From: the human T2T-CHM13v2.0 reference genome, Homo sapiens
DNA length: 64,000 nucleotides
Direction: 5' to 3' (one strand)
Assembly: GCF_009914755.1 (NCBI RefSeq)
Contig: NC_060928.1
Below the pieces are notes generated by a model that saw only the letters and a list, made by a program, of their open reading frames with translations, made no database searches and was not told the DNA's origin. The position numbers and the translations under genes were made by a program. Of the stretch, positions 29,076-44,779 are shown one piece after another; position 1 is the first letter of the stretch; the number at the start of each line of letters is the position of its first letter.

Positions 29076-29514
29076 TGCTGGGTTCTCACCCTAACCTTTG
29101 GGAATGTTAATGTCTTTCTAGATAAACCCAGATCCTGGCTTTTATCATCTAAAGGCATCTCCTAAATTCGGGATTCATCTCTTTTGCTATGTAAATACCT
29201 AGAAGATAGTGCTCCAGTCCTCCTGATACCTTGGGACATTACTTAGGGACCTAGTCTAGCTGTAACCATTTGGCTCTCAGGAAGACAGGAAAAGTGTTAT
29301 CTTTTCAAATCAGAAATAGAACTACTTCTAGTATATGACCAGTAAAATGCTTCAGGGGAAGTCAAAGCAAACATTCCCTATCTGCATATGAGACTCATCT
29401 CCTTGCCTTAGGAAACTAGGGCTTCTCATAGGAATACCGGGAAAACCAGGAAAGTGTTATTTCCACTGGAGAGTCTGTGTCCTTTTCTCAGAATGGAATT
29501 ATTTGAATTGCTAG

Positions 29515-29958
29515 TGTGAAAGGAAAATCTTGGAACCCCAAAATTGCTAAGTTAAAGGGAAAATTCAAGCTGGGAACTGCTCAGGGCAAACCTGTCTCCC
29601 ATTCTATTCAGTCATCCCTCTGCTCACTGAGATAGATGCAGATCTGATTGCCTCCTTTGGAAAGGCTTATCAGAAAATCAAAGAATACAACCATGTCTCT
29701 CACCTACTTGTGACCTGCAAGTACCCTCCCTGCTTTGAATTGTCTCCTCCTTTCTGGACTGAACCAATGTACTTCTTATATATATATTGATTGATGTGTC
29801 ATGCCTCCCTAAAATGTATAAAACCAAGCTGTGCCTCGACCACCTTGGGCACGTGTCCTCAGGACCTTCTGAGGCTATGTCATGGGTGTGCATCCTCAAC
29901 CTTGGCAAAATAAACTTTCTAAAGTAATTGAGACCATCTCAGATATTTGGGGTTCACA
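29515..29958 (+). mobile_element. Solo LTR, MER4A-like (ERV1)
   Basis: TG...CA termini with 4-bp TSD CTAG (29511-29514, 29959-29962); AATAAA near 29909. Confidence 0.85.
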
Positions 29959-29974
29959 CTAGTAAAGATGTTTT

Positions 29975-30292
<318 letters not shown>

Positions 30293-31139
30293 TGTTTCTA
30301 TCATTTTTTAAAAGGCTTTCAATATCCATAGCTTTCTCCTCAGACCAGGGTGGGAAGCGGTGGTAGTGTCTTGTGCTCAGTGCCTCTTCACTTAAAGTGA
30401 CATTTTCTGCCCTGTCAGGATCCTTGTTCTCTCTGGCTATAATGTTCATCAGTATCTTCTGCATTCTCCTTACTGTCTATAAACCACAATTATGGGCAAG
30501 ATTCAAGTTCTTTTCTGTGAAATTCTTAGGTTTCAAGAAAATCAGGGGTTATGATGAAATATGATGGAGTGTCACCTGGTTCTGCATGTTAGTGTCCATG
30601 AGCTGTTGCTCATGTGCATTTATTTAAAACCTAGAGACGATGTATAAGATAAATCTAGTTTATAATAAAATAGCGAGATTGAATAGATCACAACTGTGTC
30701 AGCTGTGGTGAAGGCACTAGAAATTAAGTTATTTTTCTTTTCTGAATTGACAGATAATGACAATAATCACACATTATTGTTTGTATTAGATTATTCTTTC
30801 AAATATACTTAGTATTCCTTGTGTCAAAGATATTGTTTTCTTCCAAGTCATTTTGTATAAAGTAATATCCCCCTACACTCTGGCATAATAAAGCAACCAA
30901 CTCATATTGCAAGTTTTTTTTCAGACAAAAAAAAAACAGTTAAGATATATGCAATGTTGCTATTTTATTATAAATTATATTCATCTTATTCATCATCTTT
31001 AGGTTTTAAATAGTAGCTGCACTTGTAGTTAAATGCTATTTTAATTCTCCAATGAATATCTTATATATAGAAATAAAGAATATAAAACTCTAAAAGTGCT
31101 TTTCATGCAGTTTCTCATTTATTACCCCTAATACCCCAT

Positions 31140-31815
<676 letters not shown>

Positions 31816-32834
31816 GCTCAATTTTACAAATAAGAAAAGAGGCCAAGGAAAGGTTCAGAAACTTGCTCAAGGTCACGAAGCAGCTGGCAGATTTTCAGCA
31901 GACTGGATGGCTACAAGATCAGTCAAAATAAGTTAGAAAAGATTTGAAAAGAAGTGCCATAAGCAAGAATATTTAATACACAGAGTAGAGTTTATAATAA
32001 CATAGCAAGATTGCTTACAGCCTAACTGGATTGCTGGATGAGAAATTCAGGCAGAGAGAAGCAATCTTATAGAGAACATCACGTGACTCAGAAAAGGCAG
32101 AAATAGGCTTTTATCTGTTCTTTTGAGGCTGGATAACCCTTGGGGCAATTTAGGAAGAACTTTCTAGAGGTTCACCTAGGGAAAGAAATGAAAGAGTAGC
32201 TAGATGATAAAGTTTGAGACAGTAAGATATCCGCTAATAGAAAATAAGGAAAAAGACTACTTCCCACTGTGTTTAGAATACAGTTCAAATTCCTTAACAT
32301 GGACTATCTTTGTGGTATAATGCTATAATTTATTAACCAATCCAGGACATTTTTTGAAGTCAAAGGGAGTGCTATTACAATTTTTCCAGGAAAATATGGT
32401 TAAACTAGGACAGCTCTGGGCAAACATGTATATACAGTTACCTTGGCGATAAATGAAGGCCCTGCATCACCTGACCACATCTTGTTCAATTTTCCCCATT
32501 CACTGATCCTACTGACTTTCTTCCAGTTCTTTGAACATACCCACCGCTAAGCTCATTCTTGCTCAGGGACCCAACACATACTTTCAGTCTATCTTGTTCA
32601 GCTCTTCTCTCTTTGCCTGGTTAACTAATAATCTCTGTAGTGATCACACTCTGTAGGCCAGTTACACAGCAACCCTTCCCTACTTTTTTCTCAGTTGTAC
32701 CTGGATTTTGCCCAGCTGTCCCTCACACACCCTCTGTCACTTGAGAAACTCTGTAACTACAACCTTAGTCCAGGGAAGAATACTCACAGGAAGAAGTCGG
32801 TCAGCCGTGGCATTCCTCTGTCTGCCAACAACCT

Positions 32835-32990
32835 TAGTTTTCAGAGATAGGGTCTTGCTCTGTTGCTCAGGTTGGTGTACAGAGGTGCCATCATAGCTCA
32901 CCGCAGCCTCAAACTCATGGGCTCAAGCGATCCTCCTGCTTCAGCCTCGGAAAGCACTGAGATTACAGGTGTGATCCACTGTACCCAGCC
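32835..32990 (-). mobile_element. Alu monomer (FLAM/AluJ-like)
   Basis: Single-arm Alu-like sequence GGGCTCAAGCGATCCTCC...GATTACAGGTGTGA. Confidence 0.75.
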
Positions 32991-34741
32991 TTGCCTGGGC
33001 AATGACTTAAGGAAAATATATTAGTTTGGAGCTTCACATGGCAGAAAACTCTCCTAATTAGTGGTTTGAATGAAACAGAAATTCATTTCTGTCCCTCATT
33101 TAAAAGAAGTGAGGAAGGAGACAGCCGGGGGCCGGGATGGTGTTATAGCTGTCAAGCACTCAGGGTCCATATTGCCTTGTTACCTTCACATGTGGCTGTA
33201 GATCTTCAGATCATATTCACATTGCAGCAGCAGGAAGCACGAAGGGACAGGGAAGGGTACACCCCTTCCTTGTAAGAATATAGCCCAGAAATCACTTCCA
33301 CTTACCTCTATTGCCAAAACAGTCAAAAGGGCACACCTGGTTCTTAGGAAAGCTGGGAAATGTAATCTTTGTTCCAGGTGGCTCTGTGCCCCACTGAAAA
33401 CTTAGGATCATGGATCTTGATGCAAAACTAGCAGTCTTTCTGCCACGGTGCACCAATTAGCCCGAAGGGAAGGACTCAGTCCTAGCATACTCCTCTTTCC
33501 CTCTCCTGCTGGACATGACCAAGAAGACAAGAAATCCAAGTTGCAACTCTTTAAGTGAGAGAAAAATAAACATCTAATTTTTTTTGAGACTTCTTATAAC
33601 CATAACAAGACTCAGGCTTAAAAGGAAATTGATACTGTGGACAGCAGAGCCAAAACAAGAACCCAGGCACCTGATAATATGGTTGAGCCACTGAAACCAC
33701 CAGCTCTCCATGAGTTACCGAGAGAAGAAACTTCTTTATTGCGCAGGCCACTTTGGTTCAGAGTTTCTTCTCCTTGTAGCTGAAAGCATGTTAACGAAAT
33801 TCCCTACAGGTGCCCTACACACTCCATCTGTTATAATTTAACTTAGTAACCTCTTCTTTTCCTTTATAGCCTTCATTATAATTTTGAATCATTTATTTGT
33901 TACTTGCTTGAAGTTTATGTCCTCTGCTAGGCTGTGAGCCATGACCTTTGGGTCTAGATTTGTTTTGTAATTTATTGTATACCTGGTGAACGAAACAAAA
34001 TGGCTGGCACGATGCTTGGCACACAGTAGGTGTGTAAGTAAATGGTAGCTATGATAAAAATGGTGTTTGACTAATAAGCCTTGCTCATTCAAAGAGATCA
34101 CTTCTCCTTAAAGGTAGCATTGAAGCCACATGAAGTAATGAATGACAGTTTGGGGAGTCATTTTCTCTTTTATTCTGCAGGATTTTGTCATATACTACTC
34201 ATTATTTCAACTACATCAAAGATCTATTTTATAGTTTTGGTGTGACCTCAAATTTGAATATTGGACTACTTTGAGCTATAGCTTGGTCTTAAAAGGAACG
34301 ACTGCAGAGCTGAGTGCCCAGGTGACAGTCACAGCTGCAGCATCAGCGGTCATGCTGTTACTTTCACTCAGATATCACAGGAGTGGTGACTACATAAATG
34401 TGACTAGAATAGTTCTCAGTCTCTTCTGTCACACTACAATATTGAAGTGATGTCTTCCCAAACACTGGAGGCCTTGCCTTCTCATCTGCAGATGGCAATC
34501 CTATTCACGTCTAGCTTTTAGGCACACAGTTTTCTTCCTGAGGGCATGTTTCTTGATAAGTTTTCCTTTTTATACCCTCTTCCCAAAGCCCCAAAACCTG
34601 TCATTTTAATAATTTAAATAATATGTTTATATCTACAGGTAATCTCTAAAGTCTTTTTATTCCACGTTGAGGTGTGCTTCTAATGTCATTTCTGTCTCAT
34701 CTACTGTTTGTTTATATACCTAGGACATTAATTTTTAATTA

Positions 34742-35086
34742 CAGTAATGTGCCACAAATGATGTTTCAGTCAAGGACAGACTACATATATGTAATATATA
34801 AGATTACATATATAATACTGTATTCTTACTGTACCTTTCCTATGTTTTGATATATAGATACACAAATACTTACCATTGTGTTACAGTAGCCTACAATATT
34901 GAGTACAGTCACATGCTGTACAGGTTTGTAACCTAGGAGCAATAGGCCATACCATATAGGCTAGATATGTGTTAGGCTATGCATCTGGGTTTCTGGAAGA
35001 ACCCTCTATCATGTTTACACAATGATGGCATTGCCTGACAATGCAGTTGTCATAACATATCTTTGTTGCTAACCAATGCATGACTG
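34742..35086. mobile_element. Tigger3a/MER7-like non-autonomous DNA transposon
   Basis: Termini CAGTAATG...CATGACTG with TA on both sides; ~345 bp. Confidence 0.75.
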
Positions 35087-37980
35087 TATTATTTATCTCA
35101 GTTCTCCATTCTATCTAAATGTGATTAATTACTACATAAGGTGCTTAGGGAAAAAAGTGTAACCATGGCATTGATCATTGGTAAAATATATAAGTCTTCA
35201 CTTTCAAAAACTTTGTTCAGATTTTTTTTTAACTTTTAGCAATGGTAATACTAAATAGGTATCATTTATTGAGTCCCTACACTATTCCAGGTATTATGAT
35301 AGATCGTTTATATAATGTAAGCAGAAAAAGTATGCATTTAATCAGTGGGCCAAGGGTTATACTACAAGCTGCTCTACGTTATACAGAATGAATAGTTGGA
35401 ATGGTTCAATAATAGGAAATTATCTGAATTTAAAACATTTTAAATTATCATTTGCAGTTAGATGTTACTCACTGAATTATAGAGTAACTAAAAATTCATA
35501 CACACACAGATCGAAAATACATTTTTAAAATTTGATAAAGTTCACAGAATAATTGGGAGGGTTAAAAGCAACTCATCTTTTTATTTATTTGAGTATTTTT
35601 TAGATTTATAAATATTCCTATTTTTAAAATTTCTGAGATTTAATTCACTCACCTCACCTAATCATGGATACTTTGTCTTAAAATGGAAATAAAAATAGGC
35701 ATTTAATCTCTGCCCTCCCACCCTGGTATCTTCTCCCCCTGGTCCTCTGTTTCTCAGCTTCTGATGGTTACGACCCATGACTTCCTGACTTCTCCCTCTA
35801 ACTAAAGCTTCAATTTTCTAGCTGTTTAGTCTATCCTGACTATCACAAGGCAGATATCAACAGCATCAATGCCCTTGTGCTCTAGAGTTCAGCATAATTA
35901 ATTAACGATCCTTCACTGGAATCTGGGAGCCCAGCTATGACAGCTTTGCTCCTTGAGTCTCCTCAGTGAGTAGCCATGTGTGCTCATAAAGTGCAACTTT
36001 TCTTTCCCATTGCCGTCATCCCCACCTTATATTGAATTGAGAGTCTGCCATGGTCTCTACTTCTAAATTCAGCCAGATTATTCAACTTACTACCCTGGGA
36101 GTCTTGCCCCAAATACCTACTAATACCCTATACCCTCTATGGACACACATTAGCCTTCACTTGCCTAATGCCTGGATATTGTCTCTACTGTAAGTTTCTC
36201 AACACTGGTTTCTTCTCTTATGATCAGAAAACTAAGCCCAATCAGAGCATGTAATATGTCAAGGTTATGTGCCTAGAAAATGCAACTCTGGAGAAAAGAT
36301 TTACTAAGAATTATTTCTCTAAGACTTAATGGAAATGGTCCAGATGTATTTCCAGATCTCCATCATCTATGTGTTTTATTCTAACAACTCTCTCCCTAAA
36401 CCTTTAAATAACTTTTATATTATATAACATACAAAAAAAAGATTCTTGCCTTAAAAATATTGATTCTAGGCTTGGTAGAAGGACTGTAAGTAAACTCTAA
36501 GGTGTTAAACAGAGAAGTGCGAGTGTCATGTATGTACCTCTCTGTATTCACATTTATATCCAATGGCTCAATGAACACTGAAAATGGAGAAATGTAATTG
36601 GTGGGTCGACTAAAGGTTATTTCTTCTTTATCCCTGTTTGAGAAAATAAGGAAGAAATGATTGATTTACTGTTTTTTTTTTCTGAGGATAATCATGTCAA
36701 GAATCATTTGGAATCACCTCCAGGAAAACTGTCACAAAACTGACCATCTTTTAAATATGGTAACTTACAGTGAAGCATGTCTCACACAAATGAATGACAT
36801 AAATGCAGAAAGATATCTGCAGGGTTCACGCATAACTTACCTCAGATGCTGATTACTGCCAAAATTACAACTGCCCTGCACCACTCTTGGGCACTGAATC
36901 TTGCCGTCTATATGACGAAATCAGTGTGCCCAAGATCATTTTCTTAGCATCTATGACCAGATTGCATGCCAGGCTATGAGTTCTTTTCTTCCCTACCCAC
37001 TCCTAGAATATCATATACCTTATGATAGTCCCACAATCTGACACGTTTCAATCACTGAAGCAGAATTTCTGCTTCAAAAATCTCAGTTTTAGTAGTATAT
37101 CCACATCACTTGAATGGTACTTTTTACTTTCTTCCAATATAAGGGTTCCCAGAGTGTAATATGAGAAAAAAAAAAAAAACCATATTCTCCAGCACCCACA
37201 ATCTAAAACGAATGAATTCTTTTAAAACATTTTTTTTTTTCCAGAATAGACCTTTCAAAGGAAACCATGAAAGATTCGGACATTTCCTTATACATTTTTT
37301 AAGTTACCAAGTGGAATAATAGAGTTGCATAGGAATTTTTAACTCTGTAGGTATTCTCAGTGATAAAAACGTGTGCATGGCTCATCTAACCTTCTCTTTC
37401 ATATACTGATTTTAAATTCTTTTCAGCTTTATATATATAAGTAAGGAGCATGAAAGTGGCAATAGGTCCACAGAAAGAACGGACCTCTAATAGTGGATTT
37501 TGCCTGATTTATTCCCTTTACATGGAGGTCAGATAAGCTGATGAAGACATTGAGTGCCTCAATGGTTAAGAACAAGAGGTGAAAGCATACTCCCTTGCAA
37601 TTCTGGGTATATGTGTGCAAGCAGAACACTGAAAATCAAGACTGAGCAGCTATTAAATAACTCGAGATCAAAAACCTAGGGAAATGGGTCCATGTGACTT
37701 AACATGACGGGTAGAGCCTCAGATGGTAACTGGGAACTAGAGGGCAGAAGACAAGGATTCTAAGTGTCAGGGGGAATAAAACTGAGGTACAGCACGTCAA
37801 AACGTGTGAGCAGTATGGCATCCAGAACAAAAGACTGAGATGACTCATAGGACTTAGGATAAAAAGATAATAATAATACCCCTCCCATTATAGAAAAGGA
37901 TGGGGCTAAGTTTCCCTTGGCTCTGCAGAAATCCTTACGACATTCTGAATATGAAAATGTATGAAATGGGAGGTAGTCCT

Positions 37981-38509
37981 TGTGTTTAGGGTTCCCAAGA
38001 CCAACCCACCAGCAGGGCTCACAGGATTAAATATATATATAATCATATTCACAGTTAGGGGTATTACAGTTAAAGGATATAAAACAAAATCAGCAAAGGG
38101 AAAAGGTGCATGAGGAGAAGTTTGGAAGAAACCAGGCACACACTTCCAAGAGTCCTAATGGAGTCTCACAGGATGTGCTCAGTTCCTCCAGTAACAGATT
38201 TATGTGAAGTTATCAGCCAAAAGAGCTCATTAACCAGTGCTCAAGGTTTTCATTGAGGGGTGGCAATGTAAGCACCCTCTGCCTAACACATACCAAAATT
38301 CCAGACTCCCAGAAGGAAGGCAGGTGTTTAGCATAAACCACACTGTTTCTACAAACAGTTTAGGCCATTCTTATCATTTAGGGAAAGTTTTATATCAGTG
38401 TAGGAAACTGTTTATCAGCCAAGTTATCCAACACCAGCCAAGAGCCAACCTTGCAAGCAGGTCTTTTTTAAGAACAGAAGCCTCAGGTCTGTTAACTCCT
38501 TTCTACACA
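37981..38509 (-). mobile_element. MER21-like solo LTR
   Basis: TG...CA termini; CAAAATCAGCAAAGGGAAAAGGTGCATG block recalled from MER21. Confidence 0.65.
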
Positions 38510-39696
38510 GTTCCCACAATAATTTTCCCTCTGTTTCCTTTTCAGATATAGCTGCTTTTGTTTGCAAATGGGAATCCAGAAACTTTCCTATAATCAAAAA
38601 AACTCAAGTTAAATAATTAACTCACCATATAGGACCTTATTTATTCTAGAGCTTTAGTTGTCTTAATGTATCATAAATGGGGATTAGCCTGACTTCAAGT
38701 AGCAGGTATTTCCCTAAAGCCAGCATTTATATTGGTAGTGATTTCACAGGTCCATTAACCTCAGCTGGGACTAGTTTCTTTAGAATGAAAATGCAGTGAT
38801 ACGAATTACAACCTAGGTTCTCTGGTGACCAGATGTTCACGACAGCATATTAGAGATATAGTTTCAGCAGTGAGTTTGTGGGTGAGTCAGAAAAGGCCAA
38901 GAAGACAGAAAAATTTACTAGGTTCGTTAACTACGAGAATGCTACAGGCTTCACAAGGAGCCAAGCAAACTCTCTCACTTTCCTGAAAAGGGTAGTTGTC
39001 CAGATAATATAAGCAGAGAAGCTGAATATTAACTGCTAAAACTGTTCAAAGAATCCCAATAACTTTTGGACGTCCTTGACTGTCTAGAGAATATGGAAGG
39101 GCTTCTTGTCCATTTTCCTTGGGAGGGTGAGGTACAGATTCTCGGAAACCAATGATCTCTGGTATGCTATCTGGTTCTGCTCCTAACGATGCACAATAAA
39201 TGATTCTGACATGTGCATGTGGGCCAGGCAGCTATGAATACATGAGCTAACTGCTCAAGCAAGCTCAGGGTCAAGTGCCTACAGGTGGGCTAGAAACATG
39301 GTTCAACAGCTAGGTTCAAATAGCAAGTCTGAGAAAGGAGGGCCTGAGATGGGAATGAAGAATTAGAGTGAAAAGCCAAGACGCAAAAGAGTGACAGTGA
39401 TGGGAGAACAAAAGGAAGAGAAGCTGCTTGGAGAAATACTATCCTTAGAGGTCTGTGGCGGACAATGGGCTTTTTATAAGTTCTCCATGGTCTACTGAGT
39501 GAATAAAATAGTTCTGTTTGAAGGGATCTGAGCTGAGTAGGCAAACTTAGTATTAAAAAAAGGAAAATAAATGAAGGAAATATACTATAATAAAAATTTA
39601 AATACATTCTTACATTTTCTTATGTGCTATAGGAATCATTCTCAAAAAAGCTTTCAACAGAAATAAAATGACCTGAAAGCAATGTTTTTAAACTAC

Positions 39697-39930
39697 TGCA
39701 ACAGGCCTGAGATATCGATCCTTAGAAAAACCTGTATGCAAGGTTGGCCCTCGGCTGGTGTCTGGGAACATGGCTGATAAACAGTTCCCCGCACTGATAG
39801 GAAACTTTCCCTAAGTGATAAGAGTGGCTCACTGTGACTAACTGTCCACGATGTGGTTTATGCCAAACATCTTCACATAATGTCCCACCTTTCCTTTTGG
39901 GAGTCTGGAATTTGGGTACCTGCTAGCCAA
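39697..39930 (+). mobile_element. MER68-like LTR fragment
   Basis: CAGGCCTGAGA...TCCTTAGAAA...GCAAGGTTGGCCCT...CTGGGAAC block recalled from MER68. Confidence 0.5.
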
Positions 39931-40675
39931 AAACTGGTTTTCCTTCTGAACTTTTTTTTTTCCTCTTTAAAGAGATTCACAAACATAGCACTCCTGGAAT
40001 TATCACACTGGAATAGTCTACTTACCAGCTTGACTGATTATATCTTTCGATTAACCAAGCAAGTATCTTCAAAACAACAACTATAACAAAAACCTACTGC
40101 AATAACTTCTGGCCTGGTCTACAAACTGGCAGTCGCATCCGTCTCAAAGAAATTACTTATCTACTGAGAGCCTACATGGTCGTGACACTCAACTGATCTA
40201 AAATCCTCAAAAGTTCGTTATTGTCTCCTGAATTATGATCAAACTTATTAGCCTGGCACTCAAGCCTTTTACAATTTGTCCTTGGCCTACATATTCAATT
40301 TAGCTTTACACTTTACCATTTTACCCATTTACACTTTAACTGTTCGTTACCTGTGTGTGACATATATGCTTTACATGAGAATTCTTTCAAAAATATCATG
40401 ATCTATGATTTCAAGGTATCTCAATTCTATAAGAATTTTTTTGACCATCTACTACGTGCAAGGCTCAGTGTCCTGGGCACTGAAAGGGATAGAAAAATGA
40501 ACAAGACCTGATCCCCACTCTCTATGATGAACAACATAATTCATAGTCACTTTCTGAAAACCATTTGAGTCCTTAATGTGCTAGATCTATAACATGCTCC
40601 ATTGCAGGAACTTCCCTGGGGAGCTTGGTGCTTTGTGGACTCTTTGGATATTCCCAATAACACCATATTTAATTA

Positions 40676-41020
<345 letters not shown>

Positions 41021-41399
41021 TTAAAAAGCATTATCTGGCCATGTGCACACAGCTTTATTTAAAGATTTCCTTATAAAGTGATTTATTGTTCTTACCTCTT
41101 CTTAGCTTGGTGTTACAGAAGAATAATTATTTGCAAATATGAAGATCAAAACTTTACATTTATTCTAGGTTTCTTTCTATCCTTCAGAAATACAGTTAGG
41201 CATGTCTTTCCCGGCTGATCGCTATTTACTCAAGCGCTGACAAAGCATGCCAATCGCTCCCCCCATTACTGCCACTAGGTTCTGAGCTGAAATCATTAAA
41301 GAGTACAAGACACTTAGTTTAAAAATGCTACGTATTAATTTAAGGTCTGTAATACTATTTCAGATAAACAGCCTCAGTTTCCTTCAGTACAACCTCAGT

Positions 41400-42970
41400 G
41401 TTTGACTAGTAGTATTTGCATCAAAAAGCATTAAAAATAAAATAACACGTTACAATGTTGAAGACTACCATTCATAATGAAAATGTAACTATTATTAATA
41501 CTTGCTTACCAAATAATATATCAACAGTTTTTGTGAAGGAGAAACTATAGGAGATGTGAGAATAAACAGACAAAACACAGTATTGGAGATTTTAACAAAT
41601 CTCTCAGAATCCAAGAAAATGAAGGTAACAAATATTACTACAGATGTAAAAGACATAAATAACATAATCAATAAGGCAGATCTCATAGGTATCTATCAAA
41701 TTCTATATACTATTAAGAGGAAATACCTTCTTTCAAGTTGCACATTGAATTTTCACAAAAGTGACATTTTAGGCCACAAAGAAGACCTCAATAATCCAAA
41801 GAATAGAAATATACAAACAGCATTCTCTGCCTACATGATTTAAAATCAGACATTAATTTAAAGCAATCAAAAGGAAAAATGGTACTTTCTCTTGGAAATT
41901 CATAGTCAGAAATTTTAGGATACAGCTAAAGCAGTTACCATAACAATAAACATGAAAAATATACCAACTAAATATCCAATTTCCAAAGCTAATAAACAAA
42001 AAAAGTGGAATGAAAAAAGTTGATAGTGTTAAAACCAAAAATTAATGAGTTGGAAAACAGTAGAGTTAATTAGTAAATGCAGAAGTGCTTTGAAAGAAAA
42101 CAAGAAAAAATACTAATTAAAACAATAAATGAAAAAGGTAGAAAGCACAAGTATACATAATTAGAATTAACAATTAATAATTTAAAAAAAATAGAAGAAT
42201 AGACTCCCTTGGGAATTTCTACCAAATTTTCTATCAAATTTTTAAAGACCAGATCCAAATGCTACTTAAAATATCCCAGTGCACAGAAAACTAAGGAAAA
42301 CTTATTTTCCTTGTTATATTAGAAATATATATTTTCTAATTTGAGTATAATATTACAATCAAAAAAACACATCAGTTTCACTATGAATATTGATTACACA
42401 AACTAAAAAACAAAAAACCCCAAAATTAGCAAAGAAAGCACAAGAGCATATTAAAAACTAATTCATCATGACCAGGTGGAGTTTATTCCAGGAATGCTTA
42501 CTGGGCCAATATTATAAAATCTATTCATATAACCCATTAAATAAGCAGAGGAAATAAGATAGAGGAAAGAAGTAGAGGAAATAAGATAGGGAAAATGCAT
42601 CTGAAAACAATTTAGCACTTGTTTATATTTTTAAAAATTTCCCAATAGGAATAGATATTTCCTATCAATATGCAATATATATTATATAATGATACATGTA
42701 CACACACACACACAATTTCCATCTCAAAGCCAACATCTTACTTGATGGAGAAATGAAAGGAAATTTCCTGCTCAAATCAGGAACAAAAAGATATCAGTTG
42801 TCCCCATCTGACTGAATATCATGTTGGAAATATTAGCTACTGAAATGAATAAACAATTGGAAATATAATAATTGGAACGGAAAAGGCAAAATGATATCTA
42901 ATGTAGGTGATATAAATGTCTAGAAAATCTAAAGAAACACTTGGAAAAATAAAACAGAATAAGAAAATTC
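41400..42970 (+). mobile_element. Old L1M ORF2 fragments
   Basis: A-rich; ORF 41556-41843 has L1 endonuclease-region-like DLIGIYQILY and DILGHKEDLN. Confidence 0.7.
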
Positions 42971-44779
42971 CCTATCCCATCCCTCTCCTGCTCTTTTTGT
43001 GGACTTTTATGTGTTTTTAGCACTACCAGTAAGTCAAGTTAAAAACTGTGGTGTCATAATAATAATACTAGTTTCATTTGAGTGTTCACAATCTGCATTC
43101 ACTCTATGCTTTGCAGACCCCCACTCTTATTTAGGCAGTTGCTAAGTAACATAGAGTTTGTTTCCGAAATGCCCCTCCTATCAGTCTTCCTTTTGGGTCC
43201 ATCACTCACTCTCCACATATAACTGGTAAATGGTTGCCTGTGTAGCGATGCTTGTTTTACATGTAATTTCCCTGATATAAAGTCAACTTCTTGACCTGGT
43301 TTTCTACCATAACTTACCTTTCCAGGCTTATTTCTGCTTACTCTTTTATACATGCATTGTTTATCAGGACCAGCCTTCTGAGTATCTCTTAGATATACCT
43401 GTACTTGCAGTTCAACAACAAGAATTATTTCCCTAAAACATGCTATAATAATAATGTGTCTTGTTTAGGCTTTGTGTTAAATAATTTGCACACTGTGTTG
43501 TCCCACATTACCAGGGCTGTAATTCCTTCCTCCTTTGCTATGTAACTTCCCAGGGTATTTTTTTGTTTTACATTTCAGATTTGTTTTTATTTTATTAACT
43601 CTACCTGATTATATACTTTTGAGTGTAGAAAGTGATCAGTACAATCTCTGTATCACTTGCAGTATAGATGGCATTCAATAAAAATCCTTTTTTTTTTTTT
43701 TTGTTAACAAACTGTGCCAGCCTGGAAGTTAAAAACTAAGATTTTAAACGCAACTAAGGATCTCTCTTTAGTCTCTATTTTATCGATTTTTCATTAGTTG
43801 GCTCTATTTGAGCAGGGAGTCTGCCTTATTAGTGCTGTATTCTCAAGGCTTAGAACTATTCCTGGTACACGGTAGGCACTTGGTAATAATCCTACCTGTA
43901 TGGCTATACAAAAATTAATTGAATGGTCATGAATAATGCAAAGAAGCAAAAGCTTAACAAGAGACAACATAAGCCAGTATCAAGATCAGATGTTCACAGT
44001 TTTCTGGTTTGTTCCTGATCACATTCCAGGACAGATATTTTTGTTTGGTTTATGGACTGAAATTTTTAAAAAAAATTTATTTCAGCAGACCCTGAATCCA
44101 TTTTTATAAAAACCCTTAGCTGTGAAAGGAACAAAGGTTTTGGCAGATAGTATAATCAGAGTCAGGATTGGCTCGGTTTGAACCCTAATGCCCTTCAGGA
44201 TATTGAAAATGTGATAAAATAATTGCATTATTTATTAATGACCCAACGAAATTCTTATACATTATGCTGTAGAGCAATTCCGCAGCCATTATCTTCTTTG
44301 CTCCTAAGAACCCAGAAAGGTTATCCTTTTATTTATCAGAAATCACCATGTTAAAATGCAAATACTTAGGATCGGTAGCCTCAACCCTTATCTTCTAAAA
44401 CATCTTTAGCTATCCATACAAAGCAAAGCATTAATAGGAATTGGACTGACGTTGGAGGTGGAAATACTGATGCACGTGACAGCTTTAAGGACTTGGGCGG
44501 CTAATTCCCCACTCCCCACTGCTCCTCAGATCCTCCAAAAAAAGCTCAAGTCCTAACTTTGACCAGGTTTGACAAAGAAGGGAGAGGACCAGGCGTTTTG
44601 TAAAGTGCTGCTTCCAAACGCCACCCGTCAGGACAGATTCTAAACCACCTTAACTTGCTGCCGGTTTCAAGTGAAAATAAATGGTACATAAGTAATCAAG
44701 AAGTCGCAGTCCCAGACCTCTGACCAAAGAACCGAAAAAGGACAGCGAACGACCGGTTCCCAATTCTCTGAACCCAAAG